64,000 nucleotides of DNA from Candidatus Versatilivorator sp. (GTDB lineage Bacteria; Acidobacteriota; Terriglobia; Versatilivoradales; Versatilivoraceae). The stretch spans positions 1,760,001-1,824,000 of the forward strand of contig OZ242296.1 of NCBI GenBank assembly GCA_965207735.1, written 5' to 3'. A model generated the notes under the pieces. The model searched no databases. It had not been told where the DNA came from and saw only the letters and a program-made list of their open reading frames with translations. Shown here in pieces: positions 28,831 to 38,334 of this stretch; within the stretch, counting starts at the first letter, position 1; every line of letters starts with the position of its first letter. Made by a program: the position numbers and the translations under genes.

Positions 28831-31800
28831 TCAGTCGATATAGACAAAGGCTGCCGAATTATAGAGCGTGTGGGCCAACTTGGCCAACACCCGCTGCCGC
28901 TCCCGGCTCCGGTTCCCCAATTCCTTCCAGGCGCTCCGAACTGACCGCAGGCTCAACCGCCGCTCTTCAGCAGTGGGCGGCCGGCTGAACACCTTCCAGT
29001 AAAGGTGTTCCACCTGGGCTTCCAGGCTGTCGCCCGCTTCCGTTTCCACCCGCTGCGCCAGGGTGGAGGCCAGCCGGCGGATGGTGGCGTCGTTGAGCAG
29101 GTGAAGAGCCTGCGGGGCCACGGTGGACTGGGCCCTTTCGGTGCAATTCGGATTCATGGTGGGATAGTCGAACAGGTCCAGGGTCGTGGGGCTGTTCATG
29201 CGCAGTTGCCGAATATAGATGCTCCGCCGCCATCCCCGTTCCCCCTCGTAGGCAGTGGAAAGCCCATCGGCTCTCACGAAAACCGGAGCGGGGGGACCGT
29301 AGGGAGTCTCATCCAGGCGACCGCTGATCCAGAGCAGGCTGTCGCGGAGGGCTTCTCCGTCCAATCTCTTCAGCGGCCACCGGGACAGGAGCCGGTTTTC
29401 GGGGTCCAACCGTTCCTGCTCGGGACCGACCCTGGAGGACTGGCGGTAGGTTCTGGAGGTCATCATCAACCGGTGAAGGGCCTTCATGCTCCAGCCTCGA
29501 TTCATGAACTCCACCGCCATCCAGTCCAGCAGCTCCGGATGGGTGGGACGGGCGCCTGACCGGCCGAAATTCCCCAGGGTCTCGACGATTCCCCGGCCAA
29601 AGTGGTAGCGCCAGATCCGATTGACCATCACGCGGGAAGTCAAGGGATGGTTCCGATTCACCAGCCACTTGGCCAGGGCCAGCCGCCGTCCGGTCTTTTT
29701 GGATCCCGGCCAGGGGGGCTCTACCTGAAAAGGGGTTCTGCCGTCGGTCAGCACCGAGGGCACCCCCGGCCCTACCAGCCGGCCTGGGCTTAAGAAGTCT
29801 CCCCGCTGGAGCAGATAGGTGGGCGAGGGAGCCCCACGGTCCCAGAGCGCCCGAATGCGTGGTTCCGGCTCCTGCCTGTATTGCAGCCAGGCGATCTTCC
29901 GCTCCAGACTCTGTGCCTCCCGGCGGTAGACGGCATCCCGTTCCTTCAACTCGTTGGAAGTGACGGTCAACAGTTGCTCATACTCCTTGGCCAGTGATTT
30001 CTGCCTGCTGTCCCGACCCTCCTCCGGAGTCTTCAGCAACTGCCTCAGGTCCTGGGCCAAGACGGGGGCAAGCTGATCCAACCGCTCTGCCAGAACGCTG
30101 TCACTCAAGTCCTTGCCCTTTTCCTCCAACGCCTGCTGCAGTTCCTTGACCTGCTCTTCCAGGACCTCGTTGCCGGCTTTGCGCTCCTTCTCCTGCTCCA
30201 GCAGGCGCATGGGATTGGTCATTGGAGGCACGTAGGGCAGGACCCGCTGCTCGAATTTCACCACCTCGCTGATGGGAGTTCCCGCCAACCAGTCGAACTC
30301 GTCCAGAGCCCCCTTCAGGAGATCGGCCAGCCGGAAGTAGTCACGCTGGGGAATGGGATCGAACTTGTGGCTGTGGCAGCGCGCGCATTGGAGCGTCATT
30401 CCCAGTATGCCGGTCCCCAGGATCTCGATCTCATCGGCGATAACGTCGAACCGGTCCTCCACGAAGCTGAGCTCGAAGCCGGTGCTGTCGGGCCCCATGC
30501 GCAGGAAGCCGGTGGCGATCAGGTTGTCGACCATCTCCCGGGTAATCACCGGAGATGTCTCGTAGTCGACCAACTCGTCTCCGGCGATCTGCTCCATGAG
30601 AAAACGGTCATAGGGTTTATCGGCGTTGAGGGATCGGATGACATAGTCCCGATACCGCCAGGCATACTTCCTGGCCGGTCCGTTGGCATTGACCTTTCCG
30701 CCCTCGTGGTCGGAATATCCGGCCACGTCCAGCCAGTACCGTCCCCAGCGCTCCCCATAGCGGGGAGACTCCAACAAGCGGTCGATGAGCCTTTCGTAGG
30801 CCCGCGGATGCCGATCCTCCAGGAATCGCCGGACCTCGGCCGGTTCCGGAGGGAGCCCGGTCAGGTCGAAAGTGGCTCGCCGGATCAGGGTCAGCCGATC
30901 GCCTTCAGCTGACAGCGACAATCCCCGGGCTTCCAGAGCTCGCAATACAAAGGCGTCTATGGGATTGTTTACCTGATCCCCATGCTTCACCGGAGGGGGC
31001 TTGACCTGCCTGGGTGGCTGGAAGGCCCAGAACTGGCGGTCCTGGTCGCTCACCAGAGGATCGGGCCCGGTGCCGGCAACGTCGGGTTTGATGTCCTCTT
31101 CCGGAGCGCCCTGCTGAATCCACTGCCGCAGCCTCTCCAGGTCGGAATCCGACACGGGTGTTACCCCGACTTCGAAGAGCCGCTTCTTGGGCGGCATCTT
31201 CCCAGAACGGATCATCTCCACCATCAGGCTCTGGCCCGGCTTTCCGGGAGTCAGCGCCGGCCCCGATTTCCCGCCCCGGATCATGGAGGCCCGACTCCTG
31301 AGATCGAGGTCATTGCCCTGACGGCGCAGCCCGTGACAAGTAGTGCAGTGGCGCAGCAGGATCGGGATCACGTCGTGCTGGTTGAGTGCCTGGGTTGCGG
31401 CGTCCTCTTCCGGCCCGCTCGCCAGGCCGGTTTCGATCCAGTCCTTGATGGTTGCCCTTTGCGCCTCCGCAAGCCCTCCCTCCAGATCGGGTGGCATCGA
31501 ACCGCTTTCGACCAACCGGTAGAGCTTGCTCTCCGCCGGCCGTCCAGGCACGACCACCGGACCCGATTCGCTTCCTTTCAGCAGGCTGGAGAGGTGGCTG
31601 AGATCCAGCTCCTTCATCATCAACTCCTCCCCGTGGCAGCGCAGGCAGTGTTCCTCGAAGACGGGGAGAATCTTCTCCTGGAAGGACTTCTCCCGGGCCG
31701 ACAGTTCCCCGCTGCCGGTCTGGGCGAAAGCGGCTCCGGGCAAAGAGGTCCAGAAGAAAAGACCCAGGCTCAGGAACAGGCCCGCGGCCCTTGTCGGACG

Positions 31801-31833
31801 GTTTCTTGTTGCCTGGGGAGAAAAAAGATTCAT
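28831..31833 (-). CDS. PSD1 / planctomycete cytochrome c protein with two N-terminal cytochrome c domains
   Basis: CLRCH, CTTCH, CARCHSHKFDP; GERWGRYWLDVAGY; RVMVNRIWRYHFG; PTHPELLD. Confidence 0.92.
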   Translation of the reverse strand: MNLFSPQATRNRPTRAAGLFLSLGLFFWTSLPGAAFAQTGSGELSAREKSFQEKILPVFEEHCLRCHGEELMMKELDLSHLSSLLKGSESGPVVVPGRPAESKLYRLVESGSMPPDLEGGLAEAQRATIKDWIETGLASGPEEDAATQALNQHDVIPILLRHCTTCHGLRRQGNDLDLRSRASMIRGGKSGPALTPGKPGQSLMVEMIRSGKMPPKKRLFEVGVTPVSDSDLERLRQWIQQGAPEEDIKPDVAGTGPDPLVSDQDRQFWAFQPPRQVKPPPVKHGDQVNNPIDAFVLRALEARGLSLSAEGDRLTLIRRATFDLTGLPPEPAEVRRFLEDRHPRAYERLIDRLLESPRYGERWGRYWLDVAGYSDHEGGKVNANGPARKYAWRYRDYVIRSLNADKPYDRFLMEQIAGDELVDYETSPVITREMVDNLIATGFLRMGPDSTGFELSFVEDRFDVIADEIEILGTGILGMTLQCARCHSHKFDPIPQRDYFRLADLLKGALDEFDWLAGTPISEVVKFEQRVLPYVPPMTNPMRLLEQEKERKAGNEVLEEQVKELQQALEEKGKDLSDSVLAERLDQLAPVLAQDLRQLLKTPEEGRDSRQKSLAKEYEQLLTVTSNELKERDAVYRREAQSLERKIAWLQYRQEPEPRIRALWDRGAPSPTYLLQRGDFLSPGRLVGPGVPSVLTDGRTPFQVEPPWPGSKKTGRRLALAKWLVNRNHPLTSRVMVNRIWRYHFGRGIVETLGNFGRSGARPTHPELLDWMAVEFMNRGWSMKALHRLMMTSRTYRQSSRVGPEQERLDPENRLLSRWPLKRLDGEALRDSLLWISGRLDETPYGPPAPVFVRADGLSTAYEGERGWRRSIYIRQLRMNSPTTLDLFDYPTMNPNCTERAQSTVAPQALHLLNDATIRRLASTLAQRVETEAGDSLEAQVEHLYWKVFSRPPTAEERRLSLRSVRSAWKELGNRSRERQRVLAKLAHTLYNSAAFVYID

Positions 31834-31858
31834 GGGAGCCTTCAGCGGGGCGAGCCCT

Positions 31859-31973
31859 GGCTTGTTTGGAACAAACGAAAAAAGACAAAAGAAAAAGAGT
31901 TATCCACGAAGGGCCACTAAGGCGTTGAGGTTAACCGCGACGGGATACCAAGGTCACGAAAGGATTATCGATT
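31859..31973 (+). repeat. Unit A, left part (interrupted by IS)
   Basis: ggcttgtttggaacaaacgaaaaaagacaaaag..aggattatcgatt; continues at 33461. Confidence 0.9.
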
Positions 31974-33460
31974 GAGCCTTTTGCAAAATTCGGAATCGGG
32001 CATGACATTGGGCTGGCAACAGTGATGTTCCGGCGGTGACTACCCAGCTGCAAAGACCCTTTTGAAGGAAAAAGCCCGAATCTGATGGCCGGATGGCCAG
32101 CGGTCGCCGGACGCAGGCACAGCTTACCCTCTCCCGGCCTTGAGGCGGGCGAACCTGCTGTGCGGTTGGGGGTGGCAACCCGGTCTTCAGAGCGTCAGGC
32201 GCATCAACTGATCCACCGTCAGGGCCAGAATGCCGAACATCAGGTGGCACCTCACCTTGTCGGGGCCGCGAACCCTCACCTGCCTCCCGCCAAACTCCTC
32301 CTTGAGCCGTCCGTTGACCCGCTCCACCGTCGAGCGTTCCCGGTAGCGCCGCGCCTCGGGAGTCACTTGGCCGATACAGCGCCGGGCCAGTGCCTCCCGC
32401 TTCCGCTCGGCTTTCAAGGTAGCTCTTCGGCGGGGGTTGACGTCAATAATCGGCACATGCCCCAGCTTCTCACTGAAGGCCCGGATCTCCGGCGCATCGT
32501 AGGCGCTGTCCATCAAGTCGTAGAGACTCTCGACCCGCCTTGCCGTCAGCGTCGCCAGCGGAATGGCTGCCTGAGAGTCATGCACCGAGGCCGAGGTCAG
32601 CAGACAACTGACCGGAATCCCGCCGTCAATGGCGTCGAGGTGTAGCTTGTAGCCGGTCCAGCTCTCCTGATGCCCCTTGGCGTTGCGCTTGACGCCGATG
32701 TCGCAGGCCTTGGGCAACTCCTTCAACATTTCCTCCAGCGTCATCGACCCCTGCCGCTCCAGCCGGCTCAACCGCTTGGGCCGTCGCTCGCCCTTCGGCG
32801 GCCGGCCCCGCCGGCGTTTCCGCTTGGCCTCCGGCGCAGCCTTGGCCGCTGGCTTTTCCCGTCCCGCAATCGCCGTCGAGTCCCTCGACACATGCCCCGC
32901 CAAGTGGCCCTTCAGCGTCTCCTCCAGCAATGCCTCGTGCAAACGCCCCGGCAGGTCGCTCTCAGCGAATTCCGCAAAGGCCCGCGAGAAGGTCGACTCG
33001 CTCGGTACCTCCCACGCCCTCTCCCAGCCGCACAGCCGCCGCAGCCTCCCCTCACTCCTCAGCCGCTCCACCAATCCCCGCGTGGTCGCCACCTCCAGCA
33101 TCGACTTCGCCAGATAGGCTCGCGCCAGCACTGCCCGATCCTCCAGCGGCCGGCCACGCCAGCCCCGACTGTAAGGCAGCAACTCCTCCACCCGCACCAA
33201 CTCCAATACCTGCACCAGCCGCTGGTAACGCTCTCCCAGAGGCCCCAAAACTTCCTCCAGCAGGGGAAACAGCTCTCGTTGAAACCGGAACCAGTGTCGT
33301 GATAGGGTTTCCCTAAGGGGCAAGTTCCACCTCCGTTCATCATGTGGTTCAGACACCTTCATGATACAACAGACAGTGGTCTTGCCCCTCCTTCCACCTG
33401 CCCTCCTTGATCTTTCCCCACGTGAAAATTCCCGCTATCTGCGAATTTTGCAAAAGGCTC
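31974..33460 (-). mobile_element. Insertion sequence, 1487 bp, IS5/IS1182-like
   Basis: Perfect 19-bp TIRs gagccttttgcaaaattcg (31974-31992, 33442-33460); GATT duplicated at 31970-31973 and 33461-33464. Confidence 0.95.
32187..33362 (-). CDS. DDE transposase (DUF772-like N-terminus + DDE_Tnp_1-like core)
   Basis: VPSESTFSR; RDSTAI; GYKLHL; SVHDS; MDSAYD; YRERSTVERVNGRLK. Confidence 0.93.
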   Translation of the reverse strand: MKVSEPHDERRWNLPLRETLSRHWFRFQRELFPLLEEVLGPLGERYQRLVQVLELVRVEELLPYSRGWRGRPLEDRAVLARAYLAKSMLEVATTRGLVERLRSEGRLRRLCGWERAWEVPSESTFSRAFAEFAESDLPGRLHEALLEETLKGHLAGHVSRDSTAIAGREKPAAKAAPEAKRKRRRGRPPKGERRPKRLSRLERQGSMTLEEMLKELPKACDIGVKRNAKGHQESWTGYKLHLDAIDGGIPVSCLLTSASVHDSQAAIPLATLTARRVESLYDLMDSAYDAPEIRAFSEKLGHVPIIDVNPRRRATLKAERKREALARRCIGQVTPEARRYRERSTVERVNGRLKEEFGGRQVRVRGPDKVRCHLMFGILALTVDQLMRLTL

Positions 33461-33528
33461 GATTTCCAATTGTTTCACTCTATGTATGATCCGCCCGGCA
33501 GGGCGGGGGCCTCGCTTACCTGTAACAA
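33461..33528 (+). repeat. Unit A, right part
   Basis: gatttccaattgtttcactctatgtatgatccgcccggcagggcggggg..cttacctgtaacaa. Confidence 0.9.
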
Positions 33529-33654
33529 CGCCTGGGTTCGAATGAAGGGGAACCGATTGAGGGGTATTCTACAACGGGCACAGAGTTACACCCTACAATT
33601 CCCAGCGTCTGGTCTCGGTGCCGAGCATGAGTCAACCGCTGATTTAACTGCATA

Positions 33655-33897
33655 ATTAACATGGATGGACAGGATATACAGGATTTCTAATTGATGGGTC
33701 TGCACAGAATGCTCCGGGACTAAAGTTCTCTCCCCCCTCGAGTGCGACCGTTACCATTTCTTCAACAAGGATTCCAAAACCCGTTCCCATGGCCATGGAT
33801 CACCTCGAACGAGCACCCGATCATCGAGCGAGTCCGCTTCCTGCGCAACAGCTTCTCATTCTGTTTATCCTGTCCATCCTGTATATCCATGTTCAAT
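33655..33897 (-). pseudogene. Relic GxxExxY (PD-(D/E)XK nuclease family) cassette with terminal inverted repeats
   Basis: From ATG 33890: MDIQDGQDKQNEKLLRRKRTRSMIGCSFEVIHGHGNGF, then ES in a shifted frame; IRs at 33655-33684 and 33867-33897. Confidence 0.7.
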
Positions 33898-33995
33898 AAG
33901 TAGAAAACCAGTTCAACGGGACATTGTCCTTTTCCCGAAAGGCCATGGACCTCCGTTGTTTCACCCTCGAATGATCCGCCCCGTCGTGGGGGGGC
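33861..33995 (+). repeat. Module F (B end + linker + A end)
   Basis: Aligns along its length with 56883-57016. Confidence 0.8.
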
Positions 33996-34116
33996 GAGCC
34001 ATAACTCAATTGTAAAGAACTCCATCCGCCTCCGCCAGAAAACCAGGCCAACCTCCTGTTCGCCCTGGTCCTGGTGGCGATGTACTGGAGCACGTAGAAA
34101 GGGTTGCGCGGCAGCG

Positions 34117-35421
34117 CTACTCGGCCGCGTCTTCGCCGCGGGCGTGCGCCCGCTCGCGGGCGCTCGGGTTGACGGATGGACGGAATGGAACCTCGCACAC
34201 CCGCGCGGGGTCCGACCGTCCCGGTTCACTGGCGTAGTCGTCGGGCAGCCGGACCCGCAGCTCGGTCCCGACCGCGGACTTGCCGAGCGGCACGTAGCCG
34301 AGGGCGATGTTGCAGCCGATCTCGGGGGCGTGCCAGGGCGAAGTCAGGTACCCGATCGGGTCGCCGCCGGCGGCGTCCGAGACCAGCCAGAAGTCCGGCG
34401 CATAGTCGTCGATCGGCTTGCCGCCCAGCCTCATGCCCACCATGACCATCTTGAACGGCGGTCTGCCGGCCTCGATCTCGGCCCGCATCCGTTCGAGGGC
34501 CGCCCGCCCGATGTAGTCGCCCCTTTTCTTGCGCGGCACCTGATAGGCCAGGTTGCACTGGAACGGCACCGTCTCATGGTCCATGTCCTGGCCCCAGGAC
34601 AGGATGCCGGCCTGGATGCGGCGCTGATGGCCGGGGGCGATGACCATCAGTTGGTGGGGTTCCCCCGCCTCGAGCACCGCGCTCCACAGCCTTTCGGCGT
34701 GCAGGGTCGCATCCCGCAGATAGATTTCGTAGCCCTTCTCGCCCGAGAAGCCGGACTGGGAGACGACGACCGAACAGCCCCCGATCTCCGCTTCCAGGAG
34801 GCCGTAATAGGGGATATCCCGGACCGCGCCGCCGACCAGATCGGCCATCAGGGCGAGCGACTTCGGCCCCTGTATCTGCACCGGGCAAACATCGATCTCG
34901 TCGATCTCCACGTCCATGCGCAAACCAACGTTGACGCCCTTCAACCAGTACAGCAGGTCCGAGTCGGCCAGCGAGAACCAGAACTCGTTGCGCGAGAGGC
35001 GCAGCAGCACCGGGTCGTTCAGGATGCCGCCCTTCTCGTTGCAGAGGATGACGTAGCGCGCGCTCATCGGCTCGATGAGGGTGGCGTCGCGGGTGATGAC
35101 GTAGTCGACGAACCGCTCGGCATCGGTGCCGGCGACCCGGATCTGCCGTTCGACCGCCACGTTCCACAGCGTGACGTGCCGGGTCAGGGCCTCGTGCTCG
35201 GCCGCGGCGCCGCCATCCTCGGGCCGGACGTAGCCGCGCGGATGGTACACGCGGTTGTAGACCGTGGCCCGCCAGCACCCCGCGGCATGGGACAGATGCC
35301 AGTAGGGCGACTTCCGCACGCGAGTGGAGATGAGCAGTTCGGTGGGGGTGAAGCCACTCTGGCGCAGGTTGATCGGTACGATGCGGTCGGATTGGTCGAC
35401 GCCGCGCGGCTGACCGCTCAT
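34117..35421 (-). CDS. GcvT-family aminomethyltransferase (DmdA-like THF-dependent demethylase)
   Basis: RVRKSPY; LWNVAVERQI; GGILNDPVLLRL; IQGPKS; SGFSGEKGYEIY; RRIQAGILSWG; AGGAG RBS before ATG 35421. Confidence 0.88.
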   Translation of the reverse strand: MSGQPRGVDQSDRIVPINLRQSGFTPTELLISTRVRKSPYWHLSHAAGCWRATVYNRVYHPRGYVRPEDGGAAAEHEALTRHVTLWNVAVERQIRVAGTDAERFVDYVITRDATLIEPMSARYVILCNEKGGILNDPVLLRLSRNEFWFSLADSDLLYWLKGVNVGLRMDVEIDEIDVCPVQIQGPKSLALMADLVGGAVRDIPYYGLLEAEIGGCSVVVSQSGFSGEKGYEIYLRDATLHAERLWSAVLEAGEPHQLMVIAPGHQRRIQAGILSWGQDMDHETVPFQCNLAYQVPRKKRGDYIGRAALERMRAEIEAGRPPFKMVMVGMRLGGKPIDDYAPDFWLVSDAAGGDPIGYLTSPWHAPEIGCNIALGYVPLGKSAVGTELRVRLPDDYASEPGRSDPARVCEVPFRPSVNPSARERAHARGEDAAE

Positions 35422-35578
35422 GGCTCCTCCCGTCGCATCCTTGCGAACCAGCATCCGGCAGTCGTTTGCAGGAGCGGGACGGACTGCATTATCATGCACA
35501 ATTCGGGCTGCGGTCAACCGTTCAGGGCCGCTATCGAGGGACGGCCGGCGGCCCGGTATCGTCGTGCACAACCGGGAG

Positions 35579-38131
35579 ATGAAATTGAAAGCGTTCAACA
35601 AGAGCAGCACGGTCCGGAGCGCCGCGCCGACGCGGGCAAGTATCGCCGTGATCGGCGCCGGCATCGTCGGCAACTGCCTGGTTGCTCATCTGGCCGAGCT
35701 CGGTTGGCGCGACCTGCTGCTCATCGACAAGGGGCCGCTGCCCAAGCCCGGGGGCTCGACCGGCCACGCCTCGAACTTCATCTTTCCGACCGACCACAAC
35801 CGCGAGATCGCGATGCTGACCCTGGACAGCCAGCGCCAGTACCAGGCGCTCGGCGTCAACACCACCTGCGGCGGCATCGAGGTGGCGCGCACCGAGGCCC
35901 GCATGGAGGAATTGCGCCGGCGCATGACCTCGGCGCGGGCCTGGGGCATCGAGGTCGAACTGCTGTCGTCGGCCGAGGTCGTCGCCAAGGCCCCGTTCGT
36001 GAACGGCGACGTGATCCGGGGCGGCTTCTACACGCCCAGCGCGTCGGTGGTCGACTCGGTCCGGGCGGGTACGATCATGCGGGAGCGGGCGCAGGCAAAG
36101 GGCGTGCTCACGGTGCTGGACAACACCGAGGTCACCGGACTCGAGGTGACCCGCCCGCCCATCGGCCGCCCGCGCATCCGCGCCGTGGTTACCGCGGACG
36201 GGGCGATCGAGGTCGAGCAGGTGGTGATCGCCTGCGGGGTCTGGAGCCCACGCCTCGCCGCCATGGCCGGCGCCACCATTCCCCTTGCGCCGGCCGTGCA
36301 CCAAATGGCCAACCTCGGCCCGATCGACCTTCTGCACCGGACCGGCAACGAGATCGGCTTTCCCATCGTGCGCGACATGGACACGTTCATGTATGAGCGG
36401 CAGAGTGAGGACGTGATGCAGGTCGGCTCCTACGCCCATCGGCCCATTCTGGTGCATCCCGACGACATTCCGTCGCTGGCCGAGGCCGAGCGTTCGCCCA
36501 CCGAGTTGCCGTTCACCTCCGGCGACTTCGCACCGCAGCTCGAACACGCCCGCGAGATCATGGGCGGGCTGCTGGCCGGGTCCGAGATGGGATACGCGGT
36601 CAACGGCCTGCTGTCCCTGACCCCCGACGCGCAGCAGGTGCTGGGGGAGACAGCCGAGGTGGAGAAGCTCTGGTCGGCCGCGGCCGTCTGGGTCAAGGAA
36701 GGCCCGGGCACGGCGCGGCTGGTCGCGGAGTGGATCACCTACGGCTACCCGCGCCTATGCGATCCGCACGGGTCCGACGTCACCCGATTCTATCCCCACG
36801 AGCGGACTGTGCAGCACATTCGCCAGCGCTGCCGCGAGCACTTCAACAAGACCTACGGCATTGTGCATCCGCGCGAGCAGTGGGCGTCGGCGCGCGGCAT
36901 GAAACGGGCGCCGTTCCATGACCGGACCGCCGCCCTGGGTGCCGAATTCCACGAGGCGCGCGGCTGGGAACGCCCCCAGTGGTACGCGAGCAACGCCGAT
37001 CTGGTTTCGCGCTACGGGGTTTCGGACCGACCCCACGAATGGGACCGTCGCTGGTGGTCGCCCATCATCGACGCGGAACACCTCCACTTGCGGGAGAAAG
37101 TGGGCATCGTCGATCTGAGTGGGTTCCAGATCTTCGACGTGTCCGGACCCGATGTGACACCCTACCTCGAAGGGCTGACGGTGAACCGTTGCAACCGTCC
37201 CGCCGGCCGCTGCATCTACACGCCGCTGCTCACTCCGGAGGGTGGCATCCGAGCCGATCTCACCATCCAGCGGCTCGCCGATGATCGGTTCCGCATCGTT
37301 ACCGGTGCCTTCGACGGCGCGCGCGACGAGGTCTGGTTCCGCCGGCATCTGCCCACTGACGGCTCCGTGCTGTTCGAGAACCTGTCGCCTGCGCTTTGCA
37401 CTCTCGGCGTGTGGGGTCCGGACGCCGGCGCACTGCTCTCCACCATCACCGACACGCCGCTCTCCCAAGCGGCCTTCCCCTACGGCACGCTGCAGGAGGC
37501 GATCGTCGGCGGCGTGCCGGTAACGATGCTGCGCATCTCGTACGTGGGCGAGAACGGTTGGGAGATCTATGCCGGCATGCCGCACGGCCTGCATCTGTGG
37601 GACGCGGTGCTGGAGGCCGGCTGCGCATTCGACGCCCGGCCGGTGGGCATGGGGGTGTACGGCGGCACCGGCCGCCTGGAGAAGGGATACGCGCTCATGG
37701 GCGCGGATCTCGACTCGGAGCACTCACCGGTCGAGGCCGGTCTGGGGCCGGCCCGCGTGAAAGACGCGGACTTCATTGGCAAAAACGCCTATCTGCAGGC
37801 GCGCTCGGCGGGACCCGTGGCCAAGCTGTGCACGCTGACCATGGACACCCACGACGATGGGTCGGGGCTGAGGCGCTTTCCCACCGGCGGCAACGAGCCG
37901 ATCCTCACTGCAGACGGCGCGCGCATCGTCGATGCCCGCGACCGGGAGTCGCGGGTAACCTCCGCCGGCATGGGACCTTCCGTCGGCAAGTATCTCCTGC
38001 TCGCCTATCTGCCGACCGAGCACGCGGCGCCCGGCACCAGACTGCAGGTGCTGTACATGAACAGAGCCTATCCGGTGACGGTGGCCGCCGCGCCCGTATT
38101 CGATCCCGGGAACACCCGGATGAAAGCCTAG
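35579..38131 (+). CDS. Dimethylglycine/sarcosine dehydrogenase-like flavoprotein (DAO + GcvT domains)
   Basis: IGAGIVG; GGSTGHAS; NGLLSLTPD; GWERPQWY; RISYVGENGWEIY; RLEKGY; FDPGNTRMK. Confidence 0.92.
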   Translation: MKLKAFNKSSTVRSAAPTRASIAVIGAGIVGNCLVAHLAELGWRDLLLIDKGPLPKPGGSTGHASNFIFPTDHNREIAMLTLDSQRQYQALGVNTTCGGIEVARTEARMEELRRRMTSARAWGIEVELLSSAEVVAKAPFVNGDVIRGGFYTPSASVVDSVRAGTIMRERAQAKGVLTVLDNTEVTGLEVTRPPIGRPRIRAVVTADGAIEVEQVVIACGVWSPRLAAMAGATIPLAPAVHQMANLGPIDLLHRTGNEIGFPIVRDMDTFMYERQSEDVMQVGSYAHRPILVHPDDIPSLAEAERSPTELPFTSGDFAPQLEHAREIMGGLLAGSEMGYAVNGLLSLTPDAQQVLGETAEVEKLWSAAAVWVKEGPGTARLVAEWITYGYPRLCDPHGSDVTRFYPHERTVQHIRQRCREHFNKTYGIVHPREQWASARGMKRAPFHDRTAALGAEFHEARGWERPQWYASNADLVSRYGVSDRPHEWDRRWWSPIIDAEHLHLREKVGIVDLSGFQIFDVSGPDVTPYLEGLTVNRCNRPAGRCIYTPLLTPEGGIRADLTIQRLADDRFRIVTGAFDGARDEVWFRRHLPTDGSVLFENLSPALCTLGVWGPDAGALLSTITDTPLSQAAFPYGTLQEAIVGGVPVTMLRISYVGENGWEIYAGMPHGLHLWDAVLEAGCAFDARPVGMGVYGGTGRLEKGYALMGADLDSEHSPVEAGLGPARVKDADFIGKNAYLQARSAGPVAKLCTLTMDTHDDGSGLRRFPTGGNEPILTADGARIVDARDRESRVTSAGMGPSVGKYLLLAYLPTEHAAPGTRLQVLYMNRAYPVTVAAAPVFDPGNTRMKA

Positions 38132-38137
38132 CCCCCG

Positions 38138-38326
38138 CCGGGCAACCGGCACCTGCCCTGCTGGGCGGATTATTCGAGAGTGCAACAATTGGAATCGACC
38201 ATTCCTTCGCGAGCTTGGTATCCCCTCGCGGTTAACCTCGACGCATTAGTGCCCCTTCGTCGTTCTTCGTACCCCTTCGTGGATCACTCTTTTTCTTTTG
38301 TCTTTTTTCGTTTGTTTCAGGTAAGT
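38138..38326 (-). repeat. Unit A repeat, single diverged copy
   Basis: gcggattattcgagagtg..cttcgtggatcactctttttcttttgtcttttttcgtttgtttcaggtaag. Confidence 0.88.
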
Positions 38327-38334
38327 CCGCCGGG

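Noticed and set aside
34117-35421. Naming the gene dmdA or gcvT
   Set aside because: Family is clear but substrate is not; no gcvH/gcvP or dmdBCD nearby.
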